Shown: piece by piece, positions 27,635-38,396 of the stretch
Layout of the letters: every line of letters starts with the position of its first letter
Position numbering within the stretch: the stretch's first letter is position 1
NCBI GenBank assembly: GCA_903822075.1
Contig: CAIJNK010000004.1
Coordinates: forward strand, 12,661-76,660
DNA from: an uncultured bacterium
GTDB lineage: Bacteria > Patescibacteriota > Minisyncoccia > Phycocordibacterales > GWA1-40-21
DNA length: 64,000 bases
Direction of reading: 5' to 3'
The notes under the pieces: model-generated
The model's database searches: none
Told to the model about the DNA's origin: nothing
Seen by the model: the letters and a program-made list of their open reading frames with translations, nothing else
Made by a program: the position numbers and the translations under genes

Positions 27635-29410
27635 TTATTTTTGTATAAAACCACCAGCCTGTAGCTCCCAAAGATCCTTGTAAAGGCCGCTCTCCTTGTT
27701 TGACAGCTCTTCATGAGTTCCCTCTTCAATTATTTTTCCGCCCTCCATCACTAGAATTCGATCCATTTTGCGAATGGTGGATAAACGATGAGCGATGGCA
27801 ATAGTTGTTCGGCCCTTCATCAAGTTATCCAGCGCTTTCTGTATCAAGGCTTCGGAATTTGAATCTAGGCTCGACGTGGCTTCGTCTAAAATCAAAATAG
27901 GCGCGTTTTTCAGAATAGCGCGGGCAATGGCCACTCGTTGACGCTCCCCGCCGGATAATTTAACCCCGCGTTCACCGACAAAAGTTTCATATTTGAGCGG
28001 AAGCGCTTCTATAAACTCATCGCAGTGCGCCAGTTTTGAGGCGGCAATAACTTCCTCATCTGCAGCTTCCGGCCGACCATAGCGAATATTTTCCATCAAG
28101 GTACGATGAAAAAGAATTGGGTCCTGCGGTACCAAACTTATACTCTGTCGCAGGCTTTCTTGGGTAACCAGACTGATGTCCTGGCTGTCAATCAAGATCT
28201 GCCCGCTGGTCAAATTATACAGGCGTAAAATGAGACGGACAAAGGTTGTTTTGCCGGCGCCCGAGGGGCCTACTAAGGCTATTTTCTCACCGGCTTTGAT
28301 TTGACAATTAATGTTTTCCAAAACATCTCGCGTGTCATTAAAGTTAAAAGTCACATTCTTAAATTCAATTTCACCTTGCCTTATTTTTAAGTCCAATGCG
28401 TTTGAGATATTTTGGATTTCATGCGGAGCTAGCATTATCTCGGTCATCTGTTTAGAGTCTGCCAAACTTTCAAAAATATTTCGCAAGACCATATTCACCG
28501 ACCAGATTTGTTTGGCCAAGGAGACAACGTAGATTTGTACCATGACAATACCTCCCACCGTCAACTTGTCAATTGACCAGAATTTTATGGCATAATAGAA
28601 AATGACAAATTCCATCAAATAGACCAATAGTAGCTGAACCGAATCGTAAAGGCCGGCATAGTTCCAGGCTTTGACTTCGTATTTTGATTGTTTGACGGTG
28701 GCGGCGGCATATGAATCAGTCTCTCTTTTATAGCTATTAAACAGCGATATAGTCTGATTGTTGGAAATATTATCGGCAAGTAAGGCGGTAGTCTCGGAAT
28801 CCAACCTAGCCATTTCCACGTTGTATTTCATACGCCAGAGGTAAAATAAGGTACTACAGGTGAAATATATAATAACCCATATCAAGATAATGAGTGACAA
28901 AATTTTAGAAGTAAAAAAAGTGACAACGATGGCTCCGACGACCGTAAGCATTAATGGCGCAAAATTAAAAATAAAAGTGTCGAATAATCTTTCAAAGGCT
29001 CTGGCTTGGCGGTTAATCTTCTGAACCAACCCCCCGGTAAAACTGTTTGTAAAAAAATTGTGCGAGTGTCTGATTAGATATTGAAAAGAATTCTGTTTAA
29101 TCTGCGCCATGGTATAGGTTTCCGTTGGCAAATAGACAAAAAATGCGGCTCGATTCGTCAACCAGCTAAAGAAATGCATTATTGCCACAATAATAATGAT
29201 CTGGATTAAACTGCCAACAACGACAGATTTTGGACCAGTGGTCCCCAGAATATTGAAGAAATTCTGATAGAAATAGGGTGTAACAACATCAATAATGTTG
29301 GCAGTGATAAAAAGAGTCAAAGTTAATATAAAAAAGGTTCGGTACCCCTTTAGTCCTTTCAAATACTCCTTAAATATCTGTCTTATTGTTACTTTGGACT
29401 CTTTTTCCAT
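27635..29410 (-). CDS. ABC exporter (permease + ATPase)
   Basis: TM domain, GPSGAGKT, LSGGERQR, LDEATS and AHRLST motifs. Confidence 0.95.
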   Translation of the reverse strand: MEKESKVTIRQIFKEYLKGLKGYRTFFILTLTLFITANIIDVVTPYFYQNFFNILGTTGPKSVVVGSLIQIIIIVAIMHFFSWLTNRAAFFVYLPTETYTMAQIKQNSFQYLIRHSHNFFTNSFTGGLVQKINRQARAFERLFDTFIFNFAPLMLTVVGAIVVTFFTSKILSLIILIWVIIYFTCSTLFYLWRMKYNVEMARLDSETTALLADNISNNQTISLFNSYKRETDSYAAATVKQSKYEVKAWNYAGLYDSVQLLLVYLMEFVIFYYAIKFWSIDKLTVGGIVMVQIYVVSLAKQIWSVNMVLRNIFESLADSKQMTEIMLAPHEIQNISNALDLKIRQGEIEFKNVTFNFNDTRDVLENINCQIKAGEKIALVGPSGAGKTTFVRLILRLYNLTSGQILIDSQDISLVTQESLRQSISLVPQDPILFHRTLMENIRYGRPEAADEEVIAASKLAHCDEFIEALPLKYETFVGERGVKLSGGERQRVAIARAILKNAPILILDEATSSLDSNSEALIQKALDNLMKGRTTIAIAHRLSTIRKMDRILVMEGGKIIEEGTHEELSNKESGLYKDLWELQAGGFIQK

Positions 29411-29429
29411 ATGAAGCTTATCCTAACAC

Positions 29430-29470
29430 AAAAAAGACCGGCTAGGAATAACCCTCGGCCGATCTTTTTT
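29430..29470. terminator. Intrinsic terminator (A/T runs on both sides)
   Basis: AAAAAAGACCGGCTAG/TCGGCCGATCTTTTTT imperfect inverted repeat. Confidence 0.6.
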
Positions 29471-29476
29471 GTATCA

Positions 29477-29869
29477 TTATTCTGAGGTAGTGCTTGCAAT
29501 GGATGTAGAACACGACTCACCGTCTGGAATATTCGTGTCGTTGCACAGGGTGTAAGAGCATTTGGGTTCGTTTGGCGCACAAGACAGCTCTTCACCACAA
29601 CCGATTTTTTCAATAGTCTGCTCACAGGCGTAGATACTGTAGGCGGCCTTACTGATAGTTTTGTAATCAGAGGCGTCAGCCGGTACACAGGTAGGATCGG
29701 TGCCGTCGCAAGTGACAACATCACGATGGAAGCAACTTTCTGTCTGAGGATCGCAAGACACTTCGGCCACAATCTGGTAATCTTTCACTATAACTATACG
29801 CCAAAAAGTAACACCGACGGAACCAAGGATAAGGAGGATCAAGATAGTGTAAAAGATTTTGTTAGCCAT
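29477..29869 (-). CDS. Membrane-anchored cysteine-rich hypothetical protein
   Basis: N-terminal TM helix followed by 10 Cys; TATAAT-N6-ATG. Confidence 0.75.
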   Translation of the reverse strand: MANKIFYTILILLILGSVGVTFWRIVIVKDYQIVAEVSCDPQTESCFHRDVVTCDGTDPTCVPADASDYKTISKAAYSIYACEQTIEKIGCGEELSCAPNEPKCSYTLCNDTNIPDGESCSTSIASTTSE

Positions 29870-29883
29870 GACAATATTATATA

Positions 29884-30792
29884 CTACAGTCCTTCGTTTT
29901 TCAAATCCTCTATTAGCTTTCTTGCTGTTCTGGATAGACGGTTTGGCATCTTAATCTTTACCTTTACAAGTAAGTCACCACGATGTTGAGCATCTATCGG
30001 CACGCCTTTTCCTCTAATGCGCAGGATTTCTTCAGAATTCGTACCTTCCGGTATAGATAGCTCAATATCACCATCAAGTGTTTTGAGCGGATACTTAACA
30101 CCTAACAGCGCCTCGGACAGCTTGATGTTTATTTCTGTCACGATATTTTTTCTCTCTTTGTGAAAAAGAGGATCTGGCCGAACAGAGACATTTATATATA
30201 GGTCTCCCGCCACCCCGTCTTTTACCGGTTCTCCGGCTCCGGATAAACGAACAGTTTCACTATCGTTAATATCAGCCGGAATCTTTACTTTTATTCTTTC
30301 AGCTTTACTGGCCGAATTTCTAGTCAGTGAAAATTCCTTTTCCACTCCAAAAATTGATTCGGCGAAAGTAATTTCCAAATCGACACTGATATCCCGTCCT
30401 TTTCGAACTCGCTGCCTTCGTCCCATCGCTCCGCCAAAAAACTCTCCAAAAATATCATTGAGGTCAAACTCAAAGTTACCACCCTGACCGCCTTGAGTGA
30501 ATTGAGAAAAATCAAAGCCACCAAAATCCTGACCCTGGTTAAACCCGCCAAAGCCGCCGTACCCACCGCCAGAGTGACCACCCATAGAATCGGCCGAACC
30601 AAAAGTGTCGTACTGTTTACGTTTGGCATCATCACTCAACACGCTGTAGGCCTCGCTGATTTCCTTGAATTTATTTGCATCTCCGCCCTTATCCGGATGA
30701 TACAAATGAGCAAGCTTCCTGAAAGCCATCTTTATCTCATCCTTAGAGGCACTCTTATCTACTCCCAGCGTTTTGTAATAATCTTTGGCCAT
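29884..30792 (-). CDS. dnaJ: DnaJ-class chaperone lacking the zinc-finger domain
   Basis: J domain with HPD, G/F region and C-terminal domain; no CxxCxGxG repeats. Confidence 0.9.
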   Translation of the reverse strand: MAKDYYKTLGVDKSASKDEIKMAFRKLAHLYHPDKGGDANKFKEISEAYSVLSDDAKRKQYDTFGSADSMGGHSGGGYGGFGGFNQGQDFGGFDFSQFTQGGQGGNFEFDLNDIFGEFFGGAMGRRQRVRKGRDISVDLEITFAESIFGVEKEFSLTRNSASKAERIKVKIPADINDSETVRLSGAGEPVKDGVAGDLYINVSVRPDPLFHKERKNIVTEINIKLSEALLGVKYPLKTLDGDIELSIPEGTNSEEILRIRGKGVPIDAQHRGDLLVKVKIKMPNRLSRTARKLIEDLKNEGL

Positions 30793-30799
30793 TTATTGT

Positions 30800-32707
<1,908 letters not shown>

Positions 32708-32756
32708 ATGTTTTAGATTTAATTAATTTAATAAACACAACCTCACATCCTCACTA

Positions 32757-32898
32757 AACCACCCCCTGACCCTCTCCTAGGAAAGGCGGGGGAAGCCAAC
32801 CTCACCCCTAACCCCTCCCCTTAGCTAATGGGAGGGGAACCGGATCCGCACCTCCCATCGGATGAGGGGAGGTCGCTATTCTGATAGCGGGAGAGGTT
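32757..32898. repeat. Cluster of GC-rich REP-like palindromes
   Basis: Related units at 32757-32793 and 32798-32838, and an oppositely oriented unit at 32849-32898 (CCCCTCCCC...GGGAGGGG type). Confidence 0.6.
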
Positions 32899-32903
32899 GA
32901 ATA

Positions 32904-33203
32904 TTAAAAAGTAGAAGGCGCGCGTGTTGGCTGACTCATTACAAAACTAAAATCTTTTGAAAAATTAGAAACAAAATTAGAAAAAATAGATTTGATTGGC
33001 AAAAATTCCACCGGACTTTTCACGCACGGCAAACATAACGTTTCTGCCTTCACCAGCTTTTCACCCAATATCTTTCCGGAAACCGCCTTAGCCACTATTT
33101 GCCCATTCCTTTCCACCAGCTCAAACACCAAAAGCGCCCAAGCCCCGTTTGGCAATTGTACGGCCTTTTCTATGTATTTTGGCTGTTTCTGGATGGCTAA
33201 CAT
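32904..33203 (-). CDS. 99-aa ORF upstream of dnaK, candidate arrest/leader peptide
   Basis: TGtTATAAT-N6-ATG; beta-rich N-terminus, CLPC, ends QPTRAPSTF. Confidence 0.7.
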   Translation of the reverse strand: MLAIQKQPKYIEKAVQLPNGAWALLVFELVERNGQIVAKAVSGKILGEKLVKAETLCLPCVKSPVEFLPIKSIFSNFVSNFSKDFSFVMSQPTRAPSTF

Positions 33204-33238
33204 AACGGTATTATAACATATTTGACTTTTTCCTTAAC

Positions 33239-33267
33239 TTGACAAAAAGCTATCATAAGCGTATACT
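33239..33267 (+). promoter_or_regulatory. Sigma70-like promoter
   Basis: TTGACA-N17-TATACT. Confidence 0.7.
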
Positions 33268-33319
33268 TATCACCAGAAAGTAATCACCCCAGAAAGGTGA
33301 GTTTCGAAAGGAGGCCAAT

Positions 33320-33613
33320 ATGGCTAGGCAGATGCAGATGAGGAGACCGAATGTTGTGGCGGAATCGCAGTCGACGTGGAGAGATATAGAACCAGGACAG
33401 TTCTTCCGGCGGAAAAGTGGTGAGGAAGGACGAGTCTTCTGGGTAGGCAGTGCTGGACGTTACAAAGTCTACTTTCCAGTTCTGGAGGATAAGAAGGTTT
33501 CCAGAAAGGGTGGTGCCTTGGAGGAATTCTTTCCGGGTGAAGTCATCGACATCCTCAGCCCAACCAGTTTGAACATCTCCGAATGCGAATTCTCGGATGA
33601 CGAAGCAGCCTAA
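33320..33613 (+). CDS. Hypothetical protein
   Basis: AGGAGG SD, own promoter and terminator. Confidence 0.75.
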   Translation: MARQMQMRRPNVVAESQSTWRDIEPGQFFRRKSGEEGRVFWVGSAGRYKVYFPVLEDKKVSRKGGALEEFFPGEVIDILSPTSLNISECEFSDDEAA

Positions 33614-33637
33614 CAACGAACAACAAGAAAGCCTAAA

Positions 33638-33664
33638 GCGCCGAAGGAAATCCCTTCGGCGCTG
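33638..33664. terminator. Hairpin between convergent genes
   Basis: AGCGCCGAAGG-aaatc-CCTTCGGCGCT. Confidence 0.65.
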
Positions 33665-33678
33665 AATTATTATATATT

Positions 33679-34275
33679 TTATTTCTTAAACTCCCCCACC
33701 ACCACTTTTGGCGCAATAATGATTTTGCCGTTCATGGTGTAACCTTTCTTTTTTATTTCTTTGATCAAGCCATCTTCTTTTTCATCAGTCACCGGCACAA
33801 CCTCCTCGGCCACATGCAATTTAACATCGAAACTGTCCCCTATTTTTGGCACAAATTCTTTTAGTCCATTTTCGTCAAGGATCTTGACAAGCTGCGAATG
33901 AATATATTCCACCCCCACCCGCCAATTTTGTGGCACGGCATTCCACTGCTCTTTATTCATAAAAGCCATATCAAAGCTCTCCAGCACGGTGAGCATTTCT
34001 TCCAACAAATTTTCATTGGCAAATTTTATATAATCTTTTTTTTCTTCATCCGCTCTTTTCTTATAATTCACAAAATCCGCCCGCTCTCTCTGCCAGCCGT
34101 TCATATATTCATCTTTCTCCGCTTGTAGTTTCTTTATCTTCTCTTTCAACTTGGCAATTTTCTCTTTCGGATCACTCATATTGTCGCTATCAATATCCGC
34201 ATCATAAACCACCTCAGAGTTGTCTTCTTCTGGTTTGGTATCCTCCTTTTTTACTTCGTCATTATCATTATTCAT
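33679..34275 (-). CDS. grpE: Nucleotide exchange factor GrpE
   Basis: RADFVNYKKR, FD...H and KGY......I....V.V motifs. Confidence 0.95.
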   Translation of the reverse strand: MNNDNDEVKKEDTKPEEDNSEVVYDADIDSDNMSDPKEKIAKLKEKIKKLQAEKDEYMNGWQRERADFVNYKKRADEEKKDYIKFANENLLEEMLTVLESFDMAFMNKEQWNAVPQNWRVGVEYIHSQLVKILDENGLKEFVPKIGDSFDVKLHVAEEVVPVTDEKEDGLIKEIKKKGYTMNGKIIIAPKVVVGEFKK

Positions 34276-34343
34276 AAGTGCATTATAGCAAAATTAGCAA
34301 AATAATCAAAAATCCAACTTGTGGCTGGATTTTTGTTTGTAAT

Positions 34344-34748
34344 TTATCGTTTAGACCACTGAGGAGCCTTGCGAGCCTTTTTGAGACCGAACTTGCGTCG
34401 CTCCTTGGCTCGAGGATCACGTTTGAGGTAACCAGCCTTCTTTAAATCTTTGCGTAAGGTTAAGTCAAAAGTAATCAAAGCGCGGGCGATGGCATGGCGG
34501 ATAGCCTCGGCTTGGGAATTTACTCCACCTCCGTTTACCATAACGGTAACAGTGAACTTCTGCTCCAGTTTTGAAGCGGTAATGGCATCCATAACAATCG
34601 CTCTTTGTTCAGCCACCGTAAAATAATTCTCAATTGATTTATCGTTTATAAGCATGCTGGCTTTGGCGCTTGGAGTAAGTCTGGCACGAGCCACGGAAGT
34701 CTTTCTTCGGCCAACAGTCTCGATGTATTTGTGGGTAGTTTCTGGCAT
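34344..34748 (-). CDS. rpsI: 30S ribosomal protein S9
   Basis: GRRKTS.AR and ERRKFGLKKARKAPQWSKR. Confidence 0.98.
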   Translation of the reverse strand: MPETTHKYIETVGRRKTSVARARLTPSAKASMLINDKSIENYFTVAEQRAIVMDAITASKLEQKFTVTVMVNGGGVNSQAEAIRHAIARALITFDLTLRKDLKKAGYLKRDPRAKERRKFGLKKARKAPQWSKR

Positions 34749-34749
34749 A

Positions 34750-35100
34750 TTATTCTTTGATGGTTAAATTCTTTAAAATCCCTGGCTTAAGCTTATTCTT
34801 GTGAATCATTCCGGCCACCGCTCTTTCTAGGACACCGGCATAACCTTTCTCAATGGAAAGCTCGCCGAGGCTTCTCTTTCTCAAACCACCTGGATAACCG
34901 GAGTAATTGGTATAAACTTTAGTCCTGGCTTTCTTCTCGGTAATATCCATTTTGGATGAATTCACAACCTCAACCTTCACATCAGCAATCTGGTTCTTTT
35001 GAAAATTGGCATCATTTTTACCAATCAGTGTTGCAGCCACCTCGGAAGCTATGCGCCCCAATTTTTTCCCCTCAGCATCTATTTTAATATTTTTTGTCAT
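34750..35100 (-). CDS. rplM: 50S ribosomal protein L13 (short form)
   Basis: IDAEG..LGRIAS and SGYPGGL motifs. Confidence 0.95.
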   Translation of the reverse strand: MTKNIKIDAEGKKLGRIASEVAATLIGKNDANFQKNQIADVKVEVVNSSKMDITEKKARTKVYTNYSGYPGGLRKRSLGELSIEKGYAGVLERAVAGMIHKNKLKPGILKNLTIKE

Positions 35101-35113
35101 ATTTTTTTCAGGA

Positions 35114-35461
35114 TTACACAAACTCTATCTGGGCCATCTTGGCGCCATCATTCTTGCGATCGTTTAATTTGGTGATTCGGATATAGCCGCCGTTTCGCTC
35201 TTTGTATTTTGGGGCAATAGTCTCCACCAGTTTTTTGACGCTAGCGGGACCAACTTTGGCACTGATCAGCCTCTGCGCAGCCATATCACCAGCTTTAGCT
35301 TTAGTCACCAACTTTTCTACCAACGGTTTTAACACTTTTGCTTTAATTTCCGTGGTCTTAATTTTACCATCTCTGATCAAAGAAACAGCCATCGATTTTA
35401 AAAGGGCGTTTCTGACATTTCTTTCGCGGCTTAATTGCTTTGTTTTCTGTCCGTGTATCAT
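35114..35461 (-). CDS. rplQ: 50S ribosomal protein L17
   Basis: I.TT..KAK and RNGGYIRI.K...R..D.A motifs. Confidence 0.96.
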   Translation of the reverse strand: MIHGQKTKQLSRERNVRNALLKSMAVSLIRDGKIKTTEIKAKVLKPLVEKLVTKAKAGDMAAQRLISAKVGPASVKKLVETIAPKYKERNGGYIRITKLNDRKNDGAKMAQIEFV

Positions 35462-35465
35462 TTTT

Positions 35466-36419
35466 TTATTTGAGAGTTATACCAAAATTAGACAAAACCT
35501 TCTTGATTTCTTGAATTCCTTTGGATCCCAGACCTTCAATATCATCCAGATCTTTTTCTTTCTTGCGAGCCAACCCGCCAACCGTTCTTATATTGCCGTT
35601 TGATAAGGCATTTATGGTTCGGGCTGACAAATCAAGGGTCTCAATTCGCGTCTTTAAAAACTCTGTATCACTCTCCTTGGAATCATCAGTCTCCTCTTTG
35701 GATTCCTTAATGACAATTTCGGGCTCCTTGAAACCAACGATAGCCTTAAGTTGGCTGATCATGATCAAAATAGATTCTTCCAAAGCTTCCTTTGGAGTCA
35801 GGGTGCCATCAGTTTCAATAAATAATTTTAACTTGTTAAAATCAGTCCGATCACCCACGCGCATGTTTTCCACTTCGTAATTTACCCTTCGAATGGGGCT
35901 AAAAATAGCGTCTAAGGCAATGTGACCGATTTCTGTCCGGTCTTTTTGTAGGATTTCTTTTGGAACATAGCCCAAACCTTTTTCAATCTTCATTTCGATG
36001 GAAAGTTCGGCTGATTTGCTACCTAGACTTGCCAGATAGAGATCAGGGTTTAAAATTTCCACCTGACCGGGTACTTTTATGTCCCCGGCAGTAACTTCCT
36101 GAATACCCTTAATATTGAGCTCGATAGTTTGAGCCTCATCGGTAAGCATCTTAATTCTGATTTTCTTCAGGTTCAAGATAAGAGAGATAACATCTTCCTT
36201 GACCCCAGGAACAGAGGAGAATTCATGATCGACACCGGCAATTTTTATGGAAGTTATAGCCACGCCAGACAATGAGGAGAGAATAATTCGGCGAAGCGAG
36301 TTACCCAAAGTATGACCATAGCCAGGATAAAGGCCGTCTATTTCGTAGGTGCCGGAGAATCCCTCTTCCGAGACAATGCGTGGCTTGGAAGGTAGTAATA
36401 CTTGTTTGTTTTCTGACAT
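35466..36419 (-). CDS. rpoA: RNA polymerase alpha subunit
   Basis: GYGHTLGNSLRRI.LSS, HEFS..PGV.ED and DA.FSP motifs. Confidence 0.98.
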   Translation of the reverse strand: MSENKQVLLPSKPRIVSEEGFSGTYEIDGLYPGYGHTLGNSLRRIILSSLSGVAITSIKIAGVDHEFSSVPGVKEDVISLILNLKKIRIKMLTDEAQTIELNIKGIQEVTAGDIKVPGQVEILNPDLYLASLGSKSAELSIEMKIEKGLGYVPKEILQKDRTEIGHIALDAIFSPIRRVNYEVENMRVGDRTDFNKLKLFIETDGTLTPKEALEESILIMISQLKAIVGFKEPEIVIKESKEETDDSKESDTEFLKTRIETLDLSARTINALSNGNIRTVGGLARKKEKDLDDIEGLGSKGIQEIKKVLSNFGITLK

Positions 36420-36487
36420 AGGCTTACTTTTAATTAATTATTAAAAATGAATAAATATTATAAACTATTTTTTAAAAATATGCAAGT

Positions 36488-37093
36488 TTAGCGGCTATAG
36501 AAGTTTAGCACAGCGGCGGTGTCAAAATTAGTTTCCAATGAGGAGAGTTTTGGTGCTCCTTGAACCTTACATTCCATTTTAGGTAAATCAAAAGCCAACC
36601 AAGATGGGTAGTTCTGATTTTTTAACTTCTCTGCAAGATTGGCAAAAATGTTTTTCTTGGCGCTGCTCTCACGAATAGTAACTTTGTCACCAATAGATAC
36701 GGCATACGATGGAATGGTGATTTTAAGGCCATTTACTTTGATATGCCCGTGGGAAACCATTTGCCTTGAAGCCTGTCTGGTAGGAGCCCAACCCAAACGA
36801 TAGACAACATTGTCGAGCCTTGATTCCAGAATGGAGATAAGTTTTTCTGGTGAGTTGGCACCGGCTTTTTCCAAAATACTCTTAACGTATTTAGCAAACA
36901 TCCGCTCACTCACGCCGTAAGTCATTTTAGCTTTTTGTTTTTCCAGCATCTGCAAACCAAAATCACTCTTTGGACGAGGTCTTTTTTCAACTTTGCGCTG
37001 GGCCTCCTTGGCGGCAAACTTTTGTGTCTGAGTTTTATCAAAAATATTTGCTCCCAATCGTCTAGCGGTTTTGTATTTTGGTTTATTTATCAT
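36488..37093 (-). CDS. rpsD: 30S ribosomal protein S4
   Basis: EKQK, LESRLDNVVYR and RQMVSHGH motifs. Confidence 0.97.
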   Translation of the reverse strand: MINKPKYKTARRLGANIFDKTQTQKFAAKEAQRKVEKRPRPKSDFGLQMLEKQKAKMTYGVSERMFAKYVKSILEKAGANSPEKLISILESRLDNVVYRLGWAPTRQASRQMVSHGHIKVNGLKITIPSYAVSIGDKVTIRESSAKKNIFANLAEKLKNQNYPSWLAFDLPKMECKVQGAPKLSSLETNFDTAAVLNFYSR

Positions 37094-37104
37094 GATTTTA
37101 ATCT

Positions 37105-37548
37105 TTAGACTCGGCGGGGTTTTTTAGGTTTTGGACCATTGTGTGGTACTGGTGTGGTGTCTTTGATGGAATTAATGGTAAAACCTTTGGTAATGAAACC
37201 TCTGATTGCAGATTCCCGACCGGAACCAACCCCTTTAACCACAACGTCGATTTCCTTTAGTCCCAAGTCGAAAGCTTTCTGACCCAGAGTCTCTCCTATC
37301 TTGGCAGCAGCAAACGGTGTACCCTTCTTGGCTCCACGGAAACCCATTGAACCGCTAGAAGACCACATTAAAACATTCCCTTTATCGTCAGTCAAAGAGA
37401 CCTTGGTGTTGTTGAAGGTTGATTCCACGTACAAAATACCAGAGCTCACCACCTTTTTCTTGGCTCCCGCCTTGACTTCTACTTTTGGAGCAACAACATC
37501 CTTCTTCTCCTCGGTTGCCTCTGTTTTTTCAATTACTTTTTTAGCCAT
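37105..37548 (-). CDS. rpsK: 30S ribosomal protein S11
   Basis: STFNNT, GTPFAA and TPVPHNG motifs. Confidence 0.97.
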   Translation of the reverse strand: MAKKVIEKTEATEEKKDVVAPKVEVKAGAKKKVVSSGILYVESTFNNTKVSLTDDKGNVLMWSSSGSMGFRGAKKGTPFAAAKIGETLGQKAFDLGLKEIDVVVKGVGSGRESAIRGFITKGFTINSIKDTTPVPHNGPKPKKPRRV

Positions 37549-37554
37549 TATATT

Positions 37555-37935
37555 TTATTTCTTATCTGCTGCTTTCCTACCGGTACCCATGGTCTTCCTG
37601 GTGTTACCGCGAAGAGTTCGAGAGTTGGTCTTGGTCCGCTGACCGCGAGACGGAAGTTTCTTGGCGTGTCTGGTGCCTCGATAGGACTTGATATCTTTTA
37701 GTCTTTTGATATTACCGGATACCTCTCTCTTTAGATCACCTTCGATTTTCTTAGCTTCAATGATCTTTCGAATAACATTTTCTTCCTCAGGTGAAATTTC
37801 AGCAGGTTTTTTGTCACCGCTGACTTTAGCTTCCACCAAAATTTGTTTAGACAAAGACAAGCCAATACCGTAAAGAACGGTCAGGCCTACTTTCAATCTT
37901 TTGTTGTCTGGGATGGTGATTCCTGAAATACGCAT
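37555..37935 (-). CDS. rpsM: 30S ribosomal protein S13
   Basis: YRG.RH...LP.RGQRTKTN motif. Confidence 0.97.
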   Translation of the reverse strand: MRISGITIPDNKRLKVGLTVLYGIGLSLSKQILVEAKVSGDKKPAEISPEEENVIRKIIEAKKIEGDLKREVSGNIKRLKDIKSYRGTRHAKKLPSRGQRTKTNSRTLRGNTRKTMGTGRKAADKK

Positions 37936-37989
37936 ATAATATAATTTAGTCAGTGAAGATTAACATATCTGGCTTTAAAAAGCAATGCT

Positions 37990-38106
37990 CTAGCCCTGCC
38001 TTTGTTTATGACGAGCATTTCCAGTGCAAATGACCATCACCCTTCGTTTTCGACGGACGATTTTACACTTTGGGCATATTTTTTTTACTGATGCTTTTAC
38101 TTTCAT
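37990..38106 (-). CDS. rpmJ: 50S ribosomal protein L36
   Basis: Manual translation [38 protein letters not shown] (too short for the ORF track). Confidence 0.96.
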   Translation of the reverse strand: MKVKASVKKICPKCKIVRRKRRVMVICTGNARHKQRQG

Positions 38107-38121
38107 TTTTTTATTATTAAA

Positions 38122-38340
38122 TTAAGATCTTTTGATTATTTTCCCTTTGCCACCATACTCATCTACTTCATAAGAAACGCGATCACCGATAAGTACCCTA
38201 ATTCTATGCAGCCTCATCTTTCCGGAAAGAAAGCACAGTACTTCTTCTTGGTCATCAGTATTCTTAACTTTAAAAAGGGTATTAGGAAAAGCCTCTATTA
38301 CCACGCCATCTTTTACTTGTTTATTCTTATTATTTGCCAT
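38122..38340 (-). CDS. infA: Translation initiation factor IF-1
   Basis: SGKMR..RIRVL.GD.V motif. Confidence 0.95.
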   Translation of the reverse strand: MANNKNKQVKDGVVIEAFPNTLFKVKNTDDQEEVLCFLSGKMRLHRIRVLIGDRVSYEVDEYGGKGKIIKRS

Positions 38341-38396
38341 TTGATACAACGCCCAGTACTATAGCAAAGAACCGCCCCAATAGTCAAGCTTTCGGT

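Noticed and set aside
34276-34340. CIRCE operator upstream of grpE
   Set aside because: Only TAGCAAAA direct repeats are present; there is no TTAGCACTC-N9-GAGTGCTAA inverted repeat.
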